Shown here piece after piece: positions 26,477 to 46,030 of a stretch of DNA of 64,000 nucleotides (positions within the stretch are counted from its first letter, which is position 1; each line of letters starts with the position of its first letter). The DNA is from the human T2T-CHM13v2.0 reference genome, Homo sapiens. A program made the position numbers and the translations under genes. The notes below the pieces were generated by a model. The model ran no database searches and had not been told where the DNA came from. It saw only the letters and a program-made list of their open reading frames with translations. Location of the stretch: assembly GCF_009914755.1 (NCBI RefSeq), contig NC_060930.1; one strand, written 5' to 3'.

Positions 26477-28683
26477 TAGCTGGAGCAAAGAGTAGGTGCC
26501 AGTGTGCACAACTGCTTTAGGGTATAAAGCCAGACAGGCCAGAAAACAAGTTATCAAGGGCCTGTGTGTCAAGCTCTTGAGCACACCCTCCCTCAGGGTG
26601 GTTGTTTGGAAGGAGCAGCTTGAAGGCAAGGACAGTGAAGTGAGTCACTAACTTCAATGATTCAATTCCCTGGTATGAGGAACATGGATGCTGCTGGTGA
26701 CCAATAGGGAGACATTATTTTGAGTTTACCTAATTAATACCATTCAAACATACTCTGACTTCATCAAGATGCTAGGGGAGAAAACTAAAAGAAGGGTCAC
26801 TATCCCTTTATATGTGGCCATTACATAACTAGCACATTCTGCATTTATGAAGAAAATACTGTGTCCAGCAGCGCAAGCAGAAGTCGCAACTGCCCATGTG
26901 GGCCACAGTAGTGAACAGCTTTAACAGTGAAGGCAGTAGTAAAGCTGGCAGCTGCCCAGGGTTGACCACTCAGGAAGCCTGCCAGAGGACCAGAGATGGT
27001 GTGTGGCCCCACAGATTCTTTGGGTAGGACTTAAGGGGTTTCTGATATCCCTGTGATTGTTACCCTGTCCTGATTGTCCTCCCCAGACTCAAACCTGGGA
27101 AAGGAAAGGATACCCTGTAAATCATCACAAATCAGTTAGCAACTTCTACAGGACTTTTTAGGGGTTGCCATTTAGCACTTCACATCTCAGTAAATACATT
27201 TTAAAGATTTTTAATTCCTGGAAAAAGTTATTTTTTTCCTGGAAAAAAACTGTTTTCTACAAGGTTCATTATGCTTTAATTTTAAGCTTAAAAAAATGCC
27301 AGCCAAAGCTGTATCATTTTTGGAAACTGTTTTCCATTTTCAAATCTTAGGTATGTAATCTTAACAACTCTAGATTTCAAATTATTCATCTGTAACCTAA
27401 AAAGGTTTTTGTAGGTGCTATCTTAAGTCTCTTTGTTTCTGGAATTCTAGAATTTCTACTCTTTGAAGCTCAGAACTTTTGACAAAGTCCACATCACATT
27501 TGAAACAACCATTCAAATCCTGAGTCTATAATTTTCATTGACAGATGAGAATGGATTCTCATATGAAGCCTCATAGAATTTAGATTGATCTTTGTAATGG
27601 CTGGAGGCTATTGAAAAATGTATTGCTGGACTTTGGAAGAGGTAGATATAGAATATTGCCAAACTGGCTGAGAGAAATTTGTATTAATAGGTAGGAAGTG
27701 ATGACAGCCTAGGGAAAAATGGAAAAGAGGGATGGAAAGCCCTTCCCAAAGCATCCACTCAAATGAAATAGACTCTGACTGCAGAAAATTCAGAACTCCT
27801 GACTGATTTGATTCAGCATCTTAACATCGGAGCCCACCACATCTCACTGTAGGACACATTCGCTGAGGATGGAGCAGAGAGAGTGGCCAAGCCTGGACTC
27901 TGTCTTTGGCTAAACTGGAAGACAGACAAGAAGGACTGGTTTAAGTGCTACTAATTTGGCTGAGAACATAGTAACTAGAGATGGTAGGAAAGAGGCCAAT
28001 CAAAATAATCTTTGCTTAGATTCATGAATGAATAACCTAATCTGTTTTTTATCAACATAAAGCAAAAGCTAGACATGGTAGTTAAAGAACTGTGTACAAG
28101 AGTTCAAAACATAGTTGGGAGGTTCTTGAGCTACCTGCTGTCTTGAAAGAAAATGACCAAGAAATTGGCCTTTTGGACAGATCACACAGCAGCATCACTG
28201 ACACAGCCACACCCCAGTGAAGGGGCTGGAGGTGGCCTCTCCTCTGTAGAGTGGAGCAAAGATGGGTATATCAGGCCCCTGTCCTACTGCTGGAACACAC
28301 TTGGCAGATAAAGTTATGCAAGTAAAAGTAGCAATTACAAACATTATGGGAAAAAAAATAAAACCTAATGCCTGAAAGTCTATGGAACACAGAATAGAAA
28401 CCATAGCCTGCTTCAGATAATATGTGTCTTATATTATCGAGGCTGAATTTTCAAAAGGATTTTAATGTGTGTTTTATAAGTGAGAACCTAGATTCAGCCT
28501 TACAAAAATTCCAGTTAGACAACTACATCCCTGAGACCATCTCATTTTGAAGGGGCAAGGAAGGGTTTGAATTAATGAAATAAATCATATAGTAATGCAA
28601 TTTTATTATTTTTTGACATAGACTTAACAAAAAAATTAATTTCATAGGCAGTTTTCAGTAAAGGTTTATAATAAGTCCTTGAA

Positions 28684-28962
28684 TTTTTTTAATTTTTAAT
28701 TGACACATAATTTTACATATTTGTGGGGTACATGTGATATTTAAATACATGTATATGATATGTAATGATCAAATCAGGATCATTGGCATATCTGTCACGT
28801 CAGATGTTTTTTGTGTCAGGAACATTCAAAATCCTCTCTTCTTGCAAATTTGAAATATATAATAAATTATTGTAATTATATTCACCCTATTATACTATCA
28901 AATACTAGAACTTATTTCTTTTGTCTAACTATAGTTTTATACACATTAACCAACTCTTCCCT
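28684..28962 (-). mobile_element. L1MA (MA4/5-like) 3' fragment
   Basis: ttgacacataattttacatatttgtggggtacatgtgatat...aatgatcaaatcagg...aacattcaaaatcctctcttc. Confidence 0.8.
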
Positions 28963-29123
28963 GTAAAAATCCCTGAAATATAAAAATTACTGGAATAAGC
29001 ACATATGTATACTTTTTTGTTATGAAGATATTTCATAGATATCAACAGATTCTTTCAAAGGAGCTCAGAATGCAAAAGGGTAACAACCCTTCATGATAGT
29101 GGCAGTGAACCATCATCTCCAAG

Positions 29124-29228
29124 AAATATTAATAATAAAATATTAATAAAATATTTTAATTAATAATAAAATATTAATAAAATACTTTAATTAGTAATAA
29201 AATATTTTAATTAATAATACAATATTAA
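29124..29228. repeat. AT-rich low-complexity repeat
   Basis: Reiterated aaaatattaataa / aaaatattttaattaata units. Confidence 0.9.
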
Positions 29229-29879
29229 CAAGGGGACTCAGTGTTTTCAAGAATTGAGATAACCAGAGAGAGACGATACTGTGAATGTGAGAAAACAGTG
29301 TTTGGTGGCTCATTTGTAGCATTTTATCAACTAGTTATCCAGTGTCGAACTGCCCAGAGAGTGGGATCTCAGCTAATCCAGAGAGGTCTACCTATAGCAG
29401 AGATTTCGGTAAGGACCACATTAGGGACCCAGTTCATGATGATAAGATCTGTACAAATTAAGGTGCTGATAAGTAGAATCTCGAGATCCCCATTGTAGAA
29501 AAGAATGAAAGCCCTGACAGTGATTTAAACCAGGTGAATTTTCAAAAGGATTCTAATGTGCACTTTGTAAGTGAGAATCTGGATTCAGCCTTACAAAAAA
29601 TCCAGTTAGACAACCACACCCCTCAGGCCATCTCACTTTGAAGGGGAAGGAAGGAGTTGAATTACAGAAATGAATCATATAGTGATGCATCATTGCTCCG
29701 CTCTACAGAAGAGAGGCCACCTCAAGCCCCCATACTGGTGTGTGGCTGTGTCTGTGATGCTGCCATGTGATCTGTCCAATAGGCCAATTTCTTGGTCATT
29801 TTCTTTCAAGATATCAGGTACCTCAAGAAGATTGGCTTTTTTCTGCAGCCACATGGATGTAAATGAAAACATCTTTTCT

Positions 29880-33552
<3,673 letters not shown>

Positions 33553-34113
33553 TAGGTAATCAATAAATGATGAGATGATGGTGGTGGTGGTGTCATTTAT
33601 TTAAAGAGGGATAAAAGTGGATGGCTCAATTATTTTCACCTATTACAAGTCCTCCTCACCCCATCCAAATCTTATTCACATCAAATACTTTCTTCACAAG
33701 GACTTCTCACAGAATAATACAATTAAATATCATTAACACTGAAAGGAATGTTAGAGGTTATTGACTCCAATGCCCTTGTTTTAACAGACGTGGAAAGAGT
33801 TAAAATGAACCTTCTCAGAGTTAAAGGCAGGGCTGGACTTCCACATAACTCTCCTTCCTCTGCATTCTTCTAAATCTGTGGTCTTTACAGTTCACTAGGA
33901 AATTGCTCACATTCTGCTTTGTGATGCCTTTTCTAACAAGCAGGTGTTTAGGTCTTCTGCTTTCATGTCATCCTGTGTGGTTAACTCTTATTCTCAACAT
34001 CGAGGTTAGGTTTTCTAACAGCTTTGTTCAGAGCATCAAATAACTGTGTACTAACCTGATTTAATTCCCAGCTCCTGAGGGACACCGCCAAGCTTATGAA
34101 GCATTTGATTTTT

Positions 34114-35184
<1,071 letters not shown>

Positions 35185-35512
35185 TGATTTTTATCAAGAA
35201 CGTTTATTCAGAATTCCAGATCCTCAGATATATTCCTATTAGTATGAGTCACTAAACTATGCAATTATGTGTTTAATGTAAATGTAAATTTGGATGCATC
35301 ATATTTGATTTTAATAAGACTAAACATCTAATAGACCAAATATTTTTTAAATCTTTATGACACTATTAGTAGTTGCTAAAATTACAAATTTTGTTCATAC
35401 ATAGGGGTTGATTTCCACCTCACTTCTGTAGCACACAAAATTCTTCTCTTTATTCAAGCAAAGCTAGGATGTGTCTCAACTGGAAGGGAATTATGACACA
35501 TGTCAATGCTAA

Positions 35513-35826
<314 letters not shown>

Positions 35827-36266
35827 AATGCTAACACTTTTTAAAGAGTTTGTTTATTGCTTTTTCCCCCCCATTATGAATGCAATTGCTGCCTTCTAAC
35901 AACATGGATTGCTGGGCCAGACACCTAGTGAGTACTCTGGATCAAAAAAGGACCAAGTCTCCATGTTCCCAGACACCAAGAGTCCTTTGCCTGATACCTT
36001 CACTTTTTGACTGAAAGCTCATTATTTTCATTCATTCATTCAGTCCGTTTTTCAACAAATAATTACTTTGCAGAATGCTTTTATTCTCATTTTAGAGTTA
36101 AAAGTAGCATCAGCAGGTAAAAATGACACAAAATTTTAGCTCTATAGAAATAAGAACTTCCCAGAATTCAGAGGTATCAAAAAAATCAAATGGTCATATT
36201 CAGACACAACCAAATAGAGGGTTATTCTGCAAACCACCAATCTGACCCTTCAAAAAGATCAGTGTC

Positions 36267-36609
<343 letters not shown>

Positions 36610-37077
36610 CTATATTAAAGGAAACTACAATAGCTAGGTTAACTACAGACTAGATTAAAGGAACTACAGCACAAAATATTTTACTGAATCCTGGCTTTTT
36701 AAAAAAATGCTATAAAGGGCATTATTGGGACAATTAGAGAAATTTAAATGTAGACTTACAGTTCACATCAGATAATAGAAATATATCAATGTTATATTTT
36801 CTAAGATTGATAATGAGTAATTGGGTCACCCAAGGTCCCTCGTGGGAGATAGGATTAGAACACAGCAGTTTGTCTACAGAGCCATCTTAATAGTTTCCAG
36901 TCACTAAAGGTGTTTAAACAAAGACTAGCATCACCTGGTAATGATTGTAAGGTAAGATTCAAACAACGAATAGGATGAAAGTGAAGGGATAAGCTCTTCA
37001 AAAATGTTAATATTATAAAAGACACTCCCCAACCTCAAAAAAAAAAAAAAAAAAAAAAAAAACGGGAAACAGTTCTA

Positions 37078-37461
<384 letters not shown>

Positions 37462-37797
37462 TTATGGCCCTGTATCAGGGACTCCACTAGAGGGAAGTGA
37501 TCACACAGCCTTCTGGGTTGGCTAGGACATACTTCCACGTACCTCGATTCAAATATTTGCATCAGAATCACAAGGCAAAAGAGTTGCTCTAGAAGTCAAG
37601 AAAAAGTACTGACACTTGAAATAACTCCCTTAAGATATATGTTACTTTCTTTGACCAAAACGACTAATGGGTCCTTCATTTTATTCCAAATTATTCTGAT
37701 TAGGTAAGCGCTACACAGACAACACCAGGCACGAGTTTCAAGCCAAAGGCATCTTCCCACCCCACCTTTGGGCATCCCTCTTTGCTGTTCTAAGTAC

Positions 37798-38238
37798 TCC
37801 TAAGTAAAGTTTATGGGAGACCATTGATTTGGACTGAGTTCCTGCCTTACGCCTCAACAGATCAACACAAAATGGAGTCACTCATGCTAAAGTTCCCAGT
37901 CACCAAACTGAAACTAAGTTGCTTATCTGGCTTTCAAATAATCAGGAGAAAGATAATAGCCAAATCTCCAAACGGTCCAGTTTTAGCCAACATGATAAGG
38001 AAGTCCCCTCTGCTTTAACTCTTACAAGAAAAGTAACCTGAAATAACTTGTAAACCAATCCTCTTTGTATTATGCTGATTCTTTGCTGCTGCTCAAGCTA
38101 ACTGATGAAATTCAACTGTTCTGCCATCCGATGGCATGCTCATCTGTTCTTTAGATGAGATGCTGCCCGATTCATGAATCAGTAGTAAAGGCCAATTAGA
38201 TCTTTAAACTAAATGTGTTAAAATTTTGTTTCTTAACA
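37798..38238 (+). mobile_element. ERV1-class solo LTR, MER31-like
   Basis: ttatgggagaccattgatttggactgag...aatggagtcactcatgcta...gcccgattcatgaatc...ttaaca; 4-bp TSD gtac. Confidence 0.7.
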
Positions 38239-38482
38239 GTACTAAGCTGCAGTTCTCAGCAAACATTAATTAAGCTGCCTCTGAGAGCCAGACACTGTTC
38301 CAGGCTCTGAGGATGCAAAGGTAAGAGTGTTGGTGTGAGCTTTTATATCCTTGAGACCAGCTTTTTTCATTTATGTTCAAAGAAATAGAAATCTATTTTA
38401 TTTATTTTTTTCATTATTTTCTTTTTTTTCAACTTTTATTTTAGAATGAGGCCAGCTTTTGAGCACATAAAATATTTTTCTA

Positions 38483-38805
<323 letters not shown>

Positions 38806-39171
38806 TTAATATTAAGTTTACTAAAACTACAAATTCAAAAAGTTTTTTCTTAAGCTTTCAAATTAAAACCCTATTATTCTATTTATAATTTGGTAAATTT
38901 TAATTTTCACAAAAAGAAACTTTGATCTACATTTGGTCCCATTTGTAAACACAATTTATTAACTCCCTTTAATATTTTAAACTGAATTTACAAAAGAAAT
39001 ATATTCAAATTTCTGCGTTCTTCAAATGTCTACCAAGCAAAATGCTTCCCAAGTATTCAATTTTAGTAAAGTCTAATAAAATTAAATGTATGAATGTAGT
39101 TAATCTTATGTTCTTTTAAACATTGCCATGCTATTTGTAAACAGTAAAATTCTGAATGAAAAATGATAAAC

Positions 39172-39600
39172 CCAGCCAGGCACAGAAAGACAAACCTCAC
39201 ATATTCTCACTCATCTGTGGGGGATAAAAATTAAAACAATTGAACTCATGGAGATAGAGAATAGAAAGATGGTTACCAGAGGCTGGGAATGGTATTGGGG
39301 GAGAGGGGGAATAGGGAGGAGGGATGGTTAATGGGTACAAAATAATGTTAGAAGGAATAAATAAGACCTATTATTTGCTAGCACAACACGGTGACTATAG
39401 TAAAAAATAATTTAATTGTTCATTTAAAAATAAAGAGTACAATTCAATTGTTTGAAATACAAAGGATAAATACTTGAGGTGATAACTACCCCATTTACCC
39501 TGATGTGATTATTATGCACTGCATGCCTATCTAAAAACATCTTAAGTAACCAATAAATATATACACCTATGATGTACCAAAAAAGTTAAAATAAAACATT
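39172..39600 (+). mobile_element. L1MA 3'UTR fragment
   Basis: gccaggcacagaaagacaaac...ttgaactcatggagatagaga...ccccatttaccctgatgtgattatt. Confidence 0.85.
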
Positions 39601-39744
39601 TTTCTAGAAAAATTATAAATCCAAAATCAACTAATATTTAAAAGTTGGATTAGAAAGTTAATCGGATAGATACACTTGTATACTAAATTATTGTAAACAT
39701 TAACACATTTTAAATACCAAAAATACACAGATTTTTATTTTTCT

Positions 39745-40061
<317 letters not shown>

Positions 40062-40533
40062 TAGCCAGACGGACATACTGAGACCCTTTTGCAACTCTTT
40101 AACAAGGGGAATTTCATGCTGGTATCTGACAACTCCCCACCCAGATTGCTCATCTACTTGATTCGATATTCATAATAATATGTTTCCCATCTATCAGGCT
40201 GTCTTAGGTTTGGAAAAGTTATCTGATGGATTCTGCAAATCTGTGCTGGAGGATCACAACACTGAAATCATGCAGATAACAGAAGGACCTACTCCCTGCA
40301 TGCTCCGAAGGTCCCTAATTACCTGCTTTTCCACGCCCCAGAGCCTAGGCCTTCCATTCACTACCACCCCTGACTTTTGCTTCCAAGCTGTCCTGTCCAC
40401 ATACAAATGGGAATGGTCCTCTCATAATCTCATAATGTTGACATTGCCAAAAAAGTGTTAATATGTGGTCACTCTCGAGGGTTTGAGCATTGTCTTGGTC
40501 AGTTCAGAATGCTATAACAAATATACCATAGAC

Positions 40534-40657
40534 AGCTGGGTGTAGTGGCTCACAACTCTGGTCCCAGCTACTCAGGAGGCTGTGGCAGAGGATCGCTTAA
40601 GCCTGGGAATTTGAGTCCAGTATGAGCAACATAGTGAGACCCTATCTCTTAAAAATT
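40534..40657 (+). mobile_element. FLAM (Alu monomer)
   Basis: gctgggtgtagtggctcac...ggatcgcttaagcctggga...aacatagtgagaccctatctct. Confidence 0.8.
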
Positions 40658-40726
40658 TTATTATCTATAGCGTGTAGTGTGTATAACACTGCATTGCATG
40701 TAACACTTCACACTATGGATACATAA

Positions 40727-41015
<289 letters not shown>

Positions 41016-41949
41016 TAGATACATAATTTTTAAGAGACAGGGTCTCACTATGTGTATGTGTATAAGTGTATATATGTATACACATGTGCCATAGATTGGG
41101 TGGTTTAAACAACAATTATTTCTAACAATTCTAAAGACTGGGAAGTCCAGACTGAGGTGCTCGCAGATCCCATGTCTGCTGAGGGTCCACTTCTGAGTGT
41201 GCCAATGACAACCTTCTCCTAGTATCCTCACTTAAGGGAGAGCAGAGAGAGAGGGAAAGGAAGCTTTTATCTGTTTCTGGTAAGGGGGCTAATCCCATTT
41301 GTGAGGGCCTCACCTTTATGACCTAACCACCTCCCAAAGGCCCTACTACCTCTAAATACCATCATGCTAGAGATTAGTCTTTAACAAATGAATTTTGGGG
41401 AACACAAACTTTCAGTCCATAGCTAGTATCTTAACTGATTACTCCTAAATATACATGGCAAACTGACAGTCCATGAGACAACTTAAGTTGAAGACATATT
41501 TATTGGCCCAAGTAATGTTGATCTAGTGCTTTAAAATTAGGATACTTCACAGAGAATCAGGACATCCCACATCTCTTGAAAACTTAGACCACTGAAATCT
41601 GTAAACCACTATTTCTGCATGGCAAAAACTGGCTGGAGATGAGCAGCAATTTTCTTCTTGGAAAGACACTGCCCTCCTCTATTTATCCAGGCCCATCATC
41701 TGCTTCACTCCAACTCTCCTCTCTATTTACACTGCCCTACTGGAACAGGGTTTGAGTTTTTCCATGTTTCTTAATGAAGGCAAGGTCAATGGTAGAAATT
41801 TCAGACATCATAGATATTTTTGATAAAGTTCTCAAAGCTGTTAATAATCACACCGCCACTGTCTATTAATGCTTATGGGTGAGATCAGCCTGCATCACAG
41901 TTTCAAAAGCCATGAAGTTCTGACCATCACTTTAAGAATGACACATATT

Positions 41950-42216
41950 CATGCCTGTAATCCCAGCACTTTGGGAGGATGAGCTGGGTGGATCACAAGG
42001 TCAGGAGTTCGAGACCATCTGGCTAACACAATGAAACCCCATCTCTACTAAAAACAGAAAAAAAAAAATTAGCCGGGCATGGTGGCGGGCACCTGTAGTC
42101 CCAGCTACTCAGGAGGCTGAGGCAGGAGAATGGCATGAACCCAGGAGGCAGAGCTTGCAGTGAGCCTAGATAGAGCCAATGCATTCCAGCCTGGGCGACA
42201 GAGCAAGACTCTGTGT

Positions 42217-42253
<37 letters not shown>

Positions 42254-42254
42254 A
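41950..42254 (+). mobile_element. AluY, slightly 5'-truncated, long A tail
   Basis: 16-bp TSD aagaatgacacatatt at 41934-41949 and 42255-42270. Confidence 0.93.
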
Positions 42255-42771
42255 AAGAATGACACATATTATTACTCAAAATATTATATTCAAACTGCAA
42301 ATATTCTTTGAAGCAGAAGATTAAAGATGAATGAACCTGAGCCAAATAGGAACAGCTCCAGTCTCCAGCTCCCAGCGTGACACAGAAAATGGGTGATTTC
42401 TGCATTTCCCACTGAGGTTCTGGGTTCATCTCACTGGGGCTTATCGGACAGTTGGTGCAGGACAGTGGGTGCAGCCCACCGAGCGTGAGCTGAAGCAGGG
42501 CGAGGCATTGCCTCACCTGGGAAGCGCAAGGGGTCAGGGAATTCCCTTTTCTAGCCAAGGGAAGCTGTGACAGACACCATCTGGAAACTCGGGTCACTCC
42601 CACCCTAATACCGCGCTTTTCCAATGGTCTTAGCAAATGGCACACAAGGAGATTATATCCCACGCATGGCTCGGAGGGTCCCACACCCATGGAGCCTCGC
42701 TCATTGCTAGCACAGCACTCTGAGATAGAACTGCAAAGTGGCAGCGAGGCTGGGGGATGGGTGCCCACCAT
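42166..42771 (-). pseudogene. L1 ORF0 homolog, open and reading out of the element (201 aa)
   Basis: MVGTHPPASLPLCSSISECCASNERGSMGVGPSEP matches the primate ORF0 N-terminus; ATG context gcaATGg. Confidence 0.7.
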
Positions 42772-43346
42772 TGCTGAGGTTTGAGTAGGCAAACAAAGCA
42801 GCCAGGAAGCTCGAACTGGATGGAGCCCACCACAGCTCAAGGAGGCCTGCCTGCCACTGTAGACTCCACCTCTGCGGGCAGGGCATAGCCGAACAAACGG
42901 CAGCAGAAACCTCTGCAGACTTAAATGTCCCTGTCTGACAGCTTTGAAGAGAGTAGTGGTTCTCCAAGCACGGAGTTTGAGATCTGAGAATAGACAGACT
43001 GCCTCCTCAAGTGGGTCCCTGACCTCAGAGTAGCCTAACTGGGAGGCACCCCCCAGTAGAGGCAGACAGACACCTCACACGGCTGGGTACCCCTCTGAGA
43101 CGAAGCTTCCAGAGGAATGATCAGGCAGCAACATTTGCTGTTCAGGAATATTTGCTGTTCTGCAGCCTCCGCTGCTGATACCCAGGCAAACAGGGTCTGG
43201 AGTGAACCTCCAGCAAACTCCAACAGACCTGCAGCTGAGGGTCCTGACTGTTAGAAGGAAAACTAACAAACAGAAAGGACATCCACACCAAAACCCCATC
43301 TGTACGTCACCATCATCAAAGACCAAAGGAAGATAAAACCACAAAG

Positions 43347-44363
43347 ATGGGGAAAAAACAGAGCAGAAAAGCTGAAAATTCTAAAAATCAGAGCACCTCT
43401 CCCCCTCCAAAGGAACGCAGCTCCTCACCAGCAACGCAACAAAGCTGGACGGAGAATGACTTTGACAAGTTGAAAGAAGAAGACTTCAGAAGAGCAAACT
43501 TCTCCGAGCTAAAGGAGGAAGTTCGAACCCATTGCAAAGAAGCTAAAATACATGAAAAAAGATTAGACGAATGGCTAACTAGAATAATCAGTGTAGAGAA
43601 GTTCTTAAATGATCTGATGGAGTTGAAAACTATGGCACAAGAATTACATGATAAATGCACAAGCTTCAGTAGCCAATTCGATCAACTACAAGGAAGGGTA
43701 TCAGTGATTGAAGATCAAATTAATGAAATGAAGTGAGAAGAGAAGTTTAGAGAAAAAAGAATAAAAACAAATGAACAAAGCCTCCAAGAAATATGGGATT
43801 ATGTGAAAAGACCAAATCTACATCTGATTGGTGTACCTGAAAGTGATGGGTAGAATGGAACCAAGTTGGAAAACACTCTTCAGGAGATTATCCAGGAGAA
43901 CTTTCCCAAACTAACAAGGCAGGCCAACATTCACATTCAGGAAATACAGAGAACACCACAAAGATACTCCTCGAGAAGAGCAACTCCAAGACACATAATT
44001 GTCAGATTCACCAAAGTTGAAATGAAGGAAAAAATGTTAAGGACAGCCAGAGAGAAAGGTTGGGTTACCCACAAAGGGAAGCCCATCAGACTAACAGCTG
44101 ATCTCTCATCAGAAACTCTACAAGCCAGAAGAGAGTGGGGGTCAATATTCAACATTCTTAAAGAAAAGAATTTTCAACCCAGAATTTCATATCCAACCAA
44201 ACTAAGCTTCATAAGTGAAGGAGAAATAAAATCCTTTACAGACAAGCAAATGCTGAGAGATTTTGTCACCACCAGGCCTGCCCTAAAAGAGCTCCTGAAG
44301 GAAGCACTAAACATGGAAAGGAACGACAGCTACCAGCCACTGCAAAAACATGCCAAATTGTAA
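43347..44363 (+). pseudogene. L1 ORF1 (338 codons) with two in-frame stops
   Basis: MGKKQSRK...YQPLQKHAKL; stops TGA at 43734 and TAG at 43851; no frameshift. Confidence 0.93.
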
Positions 44364-44426
44364 AGACCATGGATGCTAGGAAGAAACTGCATCAACTAAC
44401 AAGCAAAATAACCAGCTAACATCATA

Positions 44427-45808
44427 ATGACAGGATTGAATTCACAGATAACAATATTAACCTTAAATGTAAATAGGCTAAATGCTCCAATTAAAAGACA
44501 CAAACTGGCAAATTGGATAAACAGTCAAGACCCATCAGTGTGCTGTATTCAGGAGACCCATCTCACGTGCAGAGACACACATAGGCTCAAAATAAAGGGA
44601 TGGAGGAAGATCTACCAAGCAAATGGAAAACAAAACAAGGCAGGGGTTGCAATCCTAGTCTCTGATAAAACAGACTTTAAACCAACAAAGATCAAAAGAG
44701 ACAAAGAAGGCCATTACATAATGGTAAAGGGATCAATTCAACAAGAAGAGCTAACTATCCTAAATATATATGCACCCAATACAAGAGCACCCAGATTCAT
44801 AAAGCAAGTCCTTAGAGACTTACAAAGAGACTTAGACTCCCACACAATAATAATAGGAGACTTTAACACCCCATTGTCAACATTAGACAGATCAATGAGA
44901 CAGAAAGTTAAAAAGGATATCCAGGAATTGAACTCAGCTCTGCACCAAGCAGACCTGATAGACATCTACAGAACTCTCCACCCCAAATCAACAGAATATA
45001 CATTCTTCTCAGCACCGCATCACACTTACTCCAAAATTGACCACATAGTTGGAAGTAAAGCACTCCTCAGCAAATGTAAAAGAACAGAAATTATAACAAA
45101 CTGTCTTTCAGACCACAGTGCAATCAAACTAGAACTCAGGATTAAGAAACTCACTCAAAACTGCTCCAGTTTTTATATCCAGATATAATATCCAGAATCT
45201 ACAAAGAACTCAAACACTTCTCAAAAGAAGACATTTATGCAGCCAACAGACACATGAAAAAAGGCTCATCATCACTGGTCATCAGAGAAACGCAAATCAA
45301 AACCACAGTGAGATACCATCTCACAGCAGTTCGAATGGCGATCATTAAAAAGTCAGGAAACAACAGGTGCTGGAGAGGATGTGGAGAAATAGGAACACTT
45401 TTACACTGTTGGTGGGACTGTAAACTAGTTCAACCATTGTGGAAGTCAGTGTGGCAATACCTCAAGGATCTAGAACCAGAAATACTATTTGACCCAGCCA
45501 TCCCGTTACTGGGTATATACCCAAGGGATTATAAATCATGCTGCTATAAAAACAAGTGCACACATATGTTTTTTGCAGCACTATTCACAATAGCAAAGAC
45601 TTGGAACCAACCCAAATGTCCATCAATGATAGACTGGATTAAGAAAATGTGGCACATATACACCATGGAATACTATGCAGCCATAACAAAGGATGAGTTC
45701 ATGTCCTTTGTAGGGACATGGATGCAGCTGGAAACCATCATTCTCAGCAAACTATTGCAAGGACAGAAAACCAAACACTGCATGTTCTCACTCATAGGTG
45801 GGAATTGA
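44427..45808 (+). pseudogene. L1 ORF2 lacking the RT domain (endonuclease 44427-45166 plus C-terminus)
   Basis: MTGLNSQITILTLNVN...CIQETH...GDFNTP...SDHSAI, then C-terminal CWRGC...MFSLIGGN. Confidence 0.92.
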
Positions 45809-46030
45809 ACAATGAGAACACTTGGACACAGGAAGGGGAACATCATACACTGGGGCCTGTCATGGGGTGGGGTGAGGGTGGAGGGATAGCATTAGGAGAT
45901 ACACCTAATGTAAATGACGAGTTAATGGGTGCAGCACACCAACATGGCACATTTATACATATGTAACAAACCTGCACGTTGTGTACGTGTACCCTAGAAC
46001 TTAAAGTATTAAAAAAAAAAAAAAAGAAAA

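Larger units (their letters stand above)
28444..29689 (+). repeat. Direct repeat pair 28444-28599 / 29535-29689
   Basis: 156 bp, about 20 differences by manual count. Confidence 0.92.
28123..29829. repeat. Inverted repeat pair 28123-28264 / 29688-29829
   Basis: 142 bp, ungapped, 15 mismatches by manual count. Confidence 0.92.
42340..46025 (+). mobile_element. Near full-length L1PA5-like element with ~2.4-kb internal ORF2 deletion
   Basis: 5'UTR (aataggaacagctccagtct), ORF1, ORF2 endonuclease, jump at 45166-45186 to ORF2 C-terminus, 3'UTR, A tail. Confidence 0.93.

Noticed and set aside
37037-37062. Orphan A26 tract as a processed pseudogene tail
   Set aside because: No TSD or recognisable upstream mRNA sequence.
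37484-37497. Second CTCF site CCACTAGAGGGAAG
   Set aside because: It lacks the conserved C of GGGC and has no upstream module; too weak without binding data.
41480-41780. Possible ancient hAT-type transposon remnant
   Set aside because: Resemblance is too vague to name a family or boundaries.
42340-46025. Retrotransposition-competent L1
   Set aside because: ORF1 has two stops and the RT domain is deleted.
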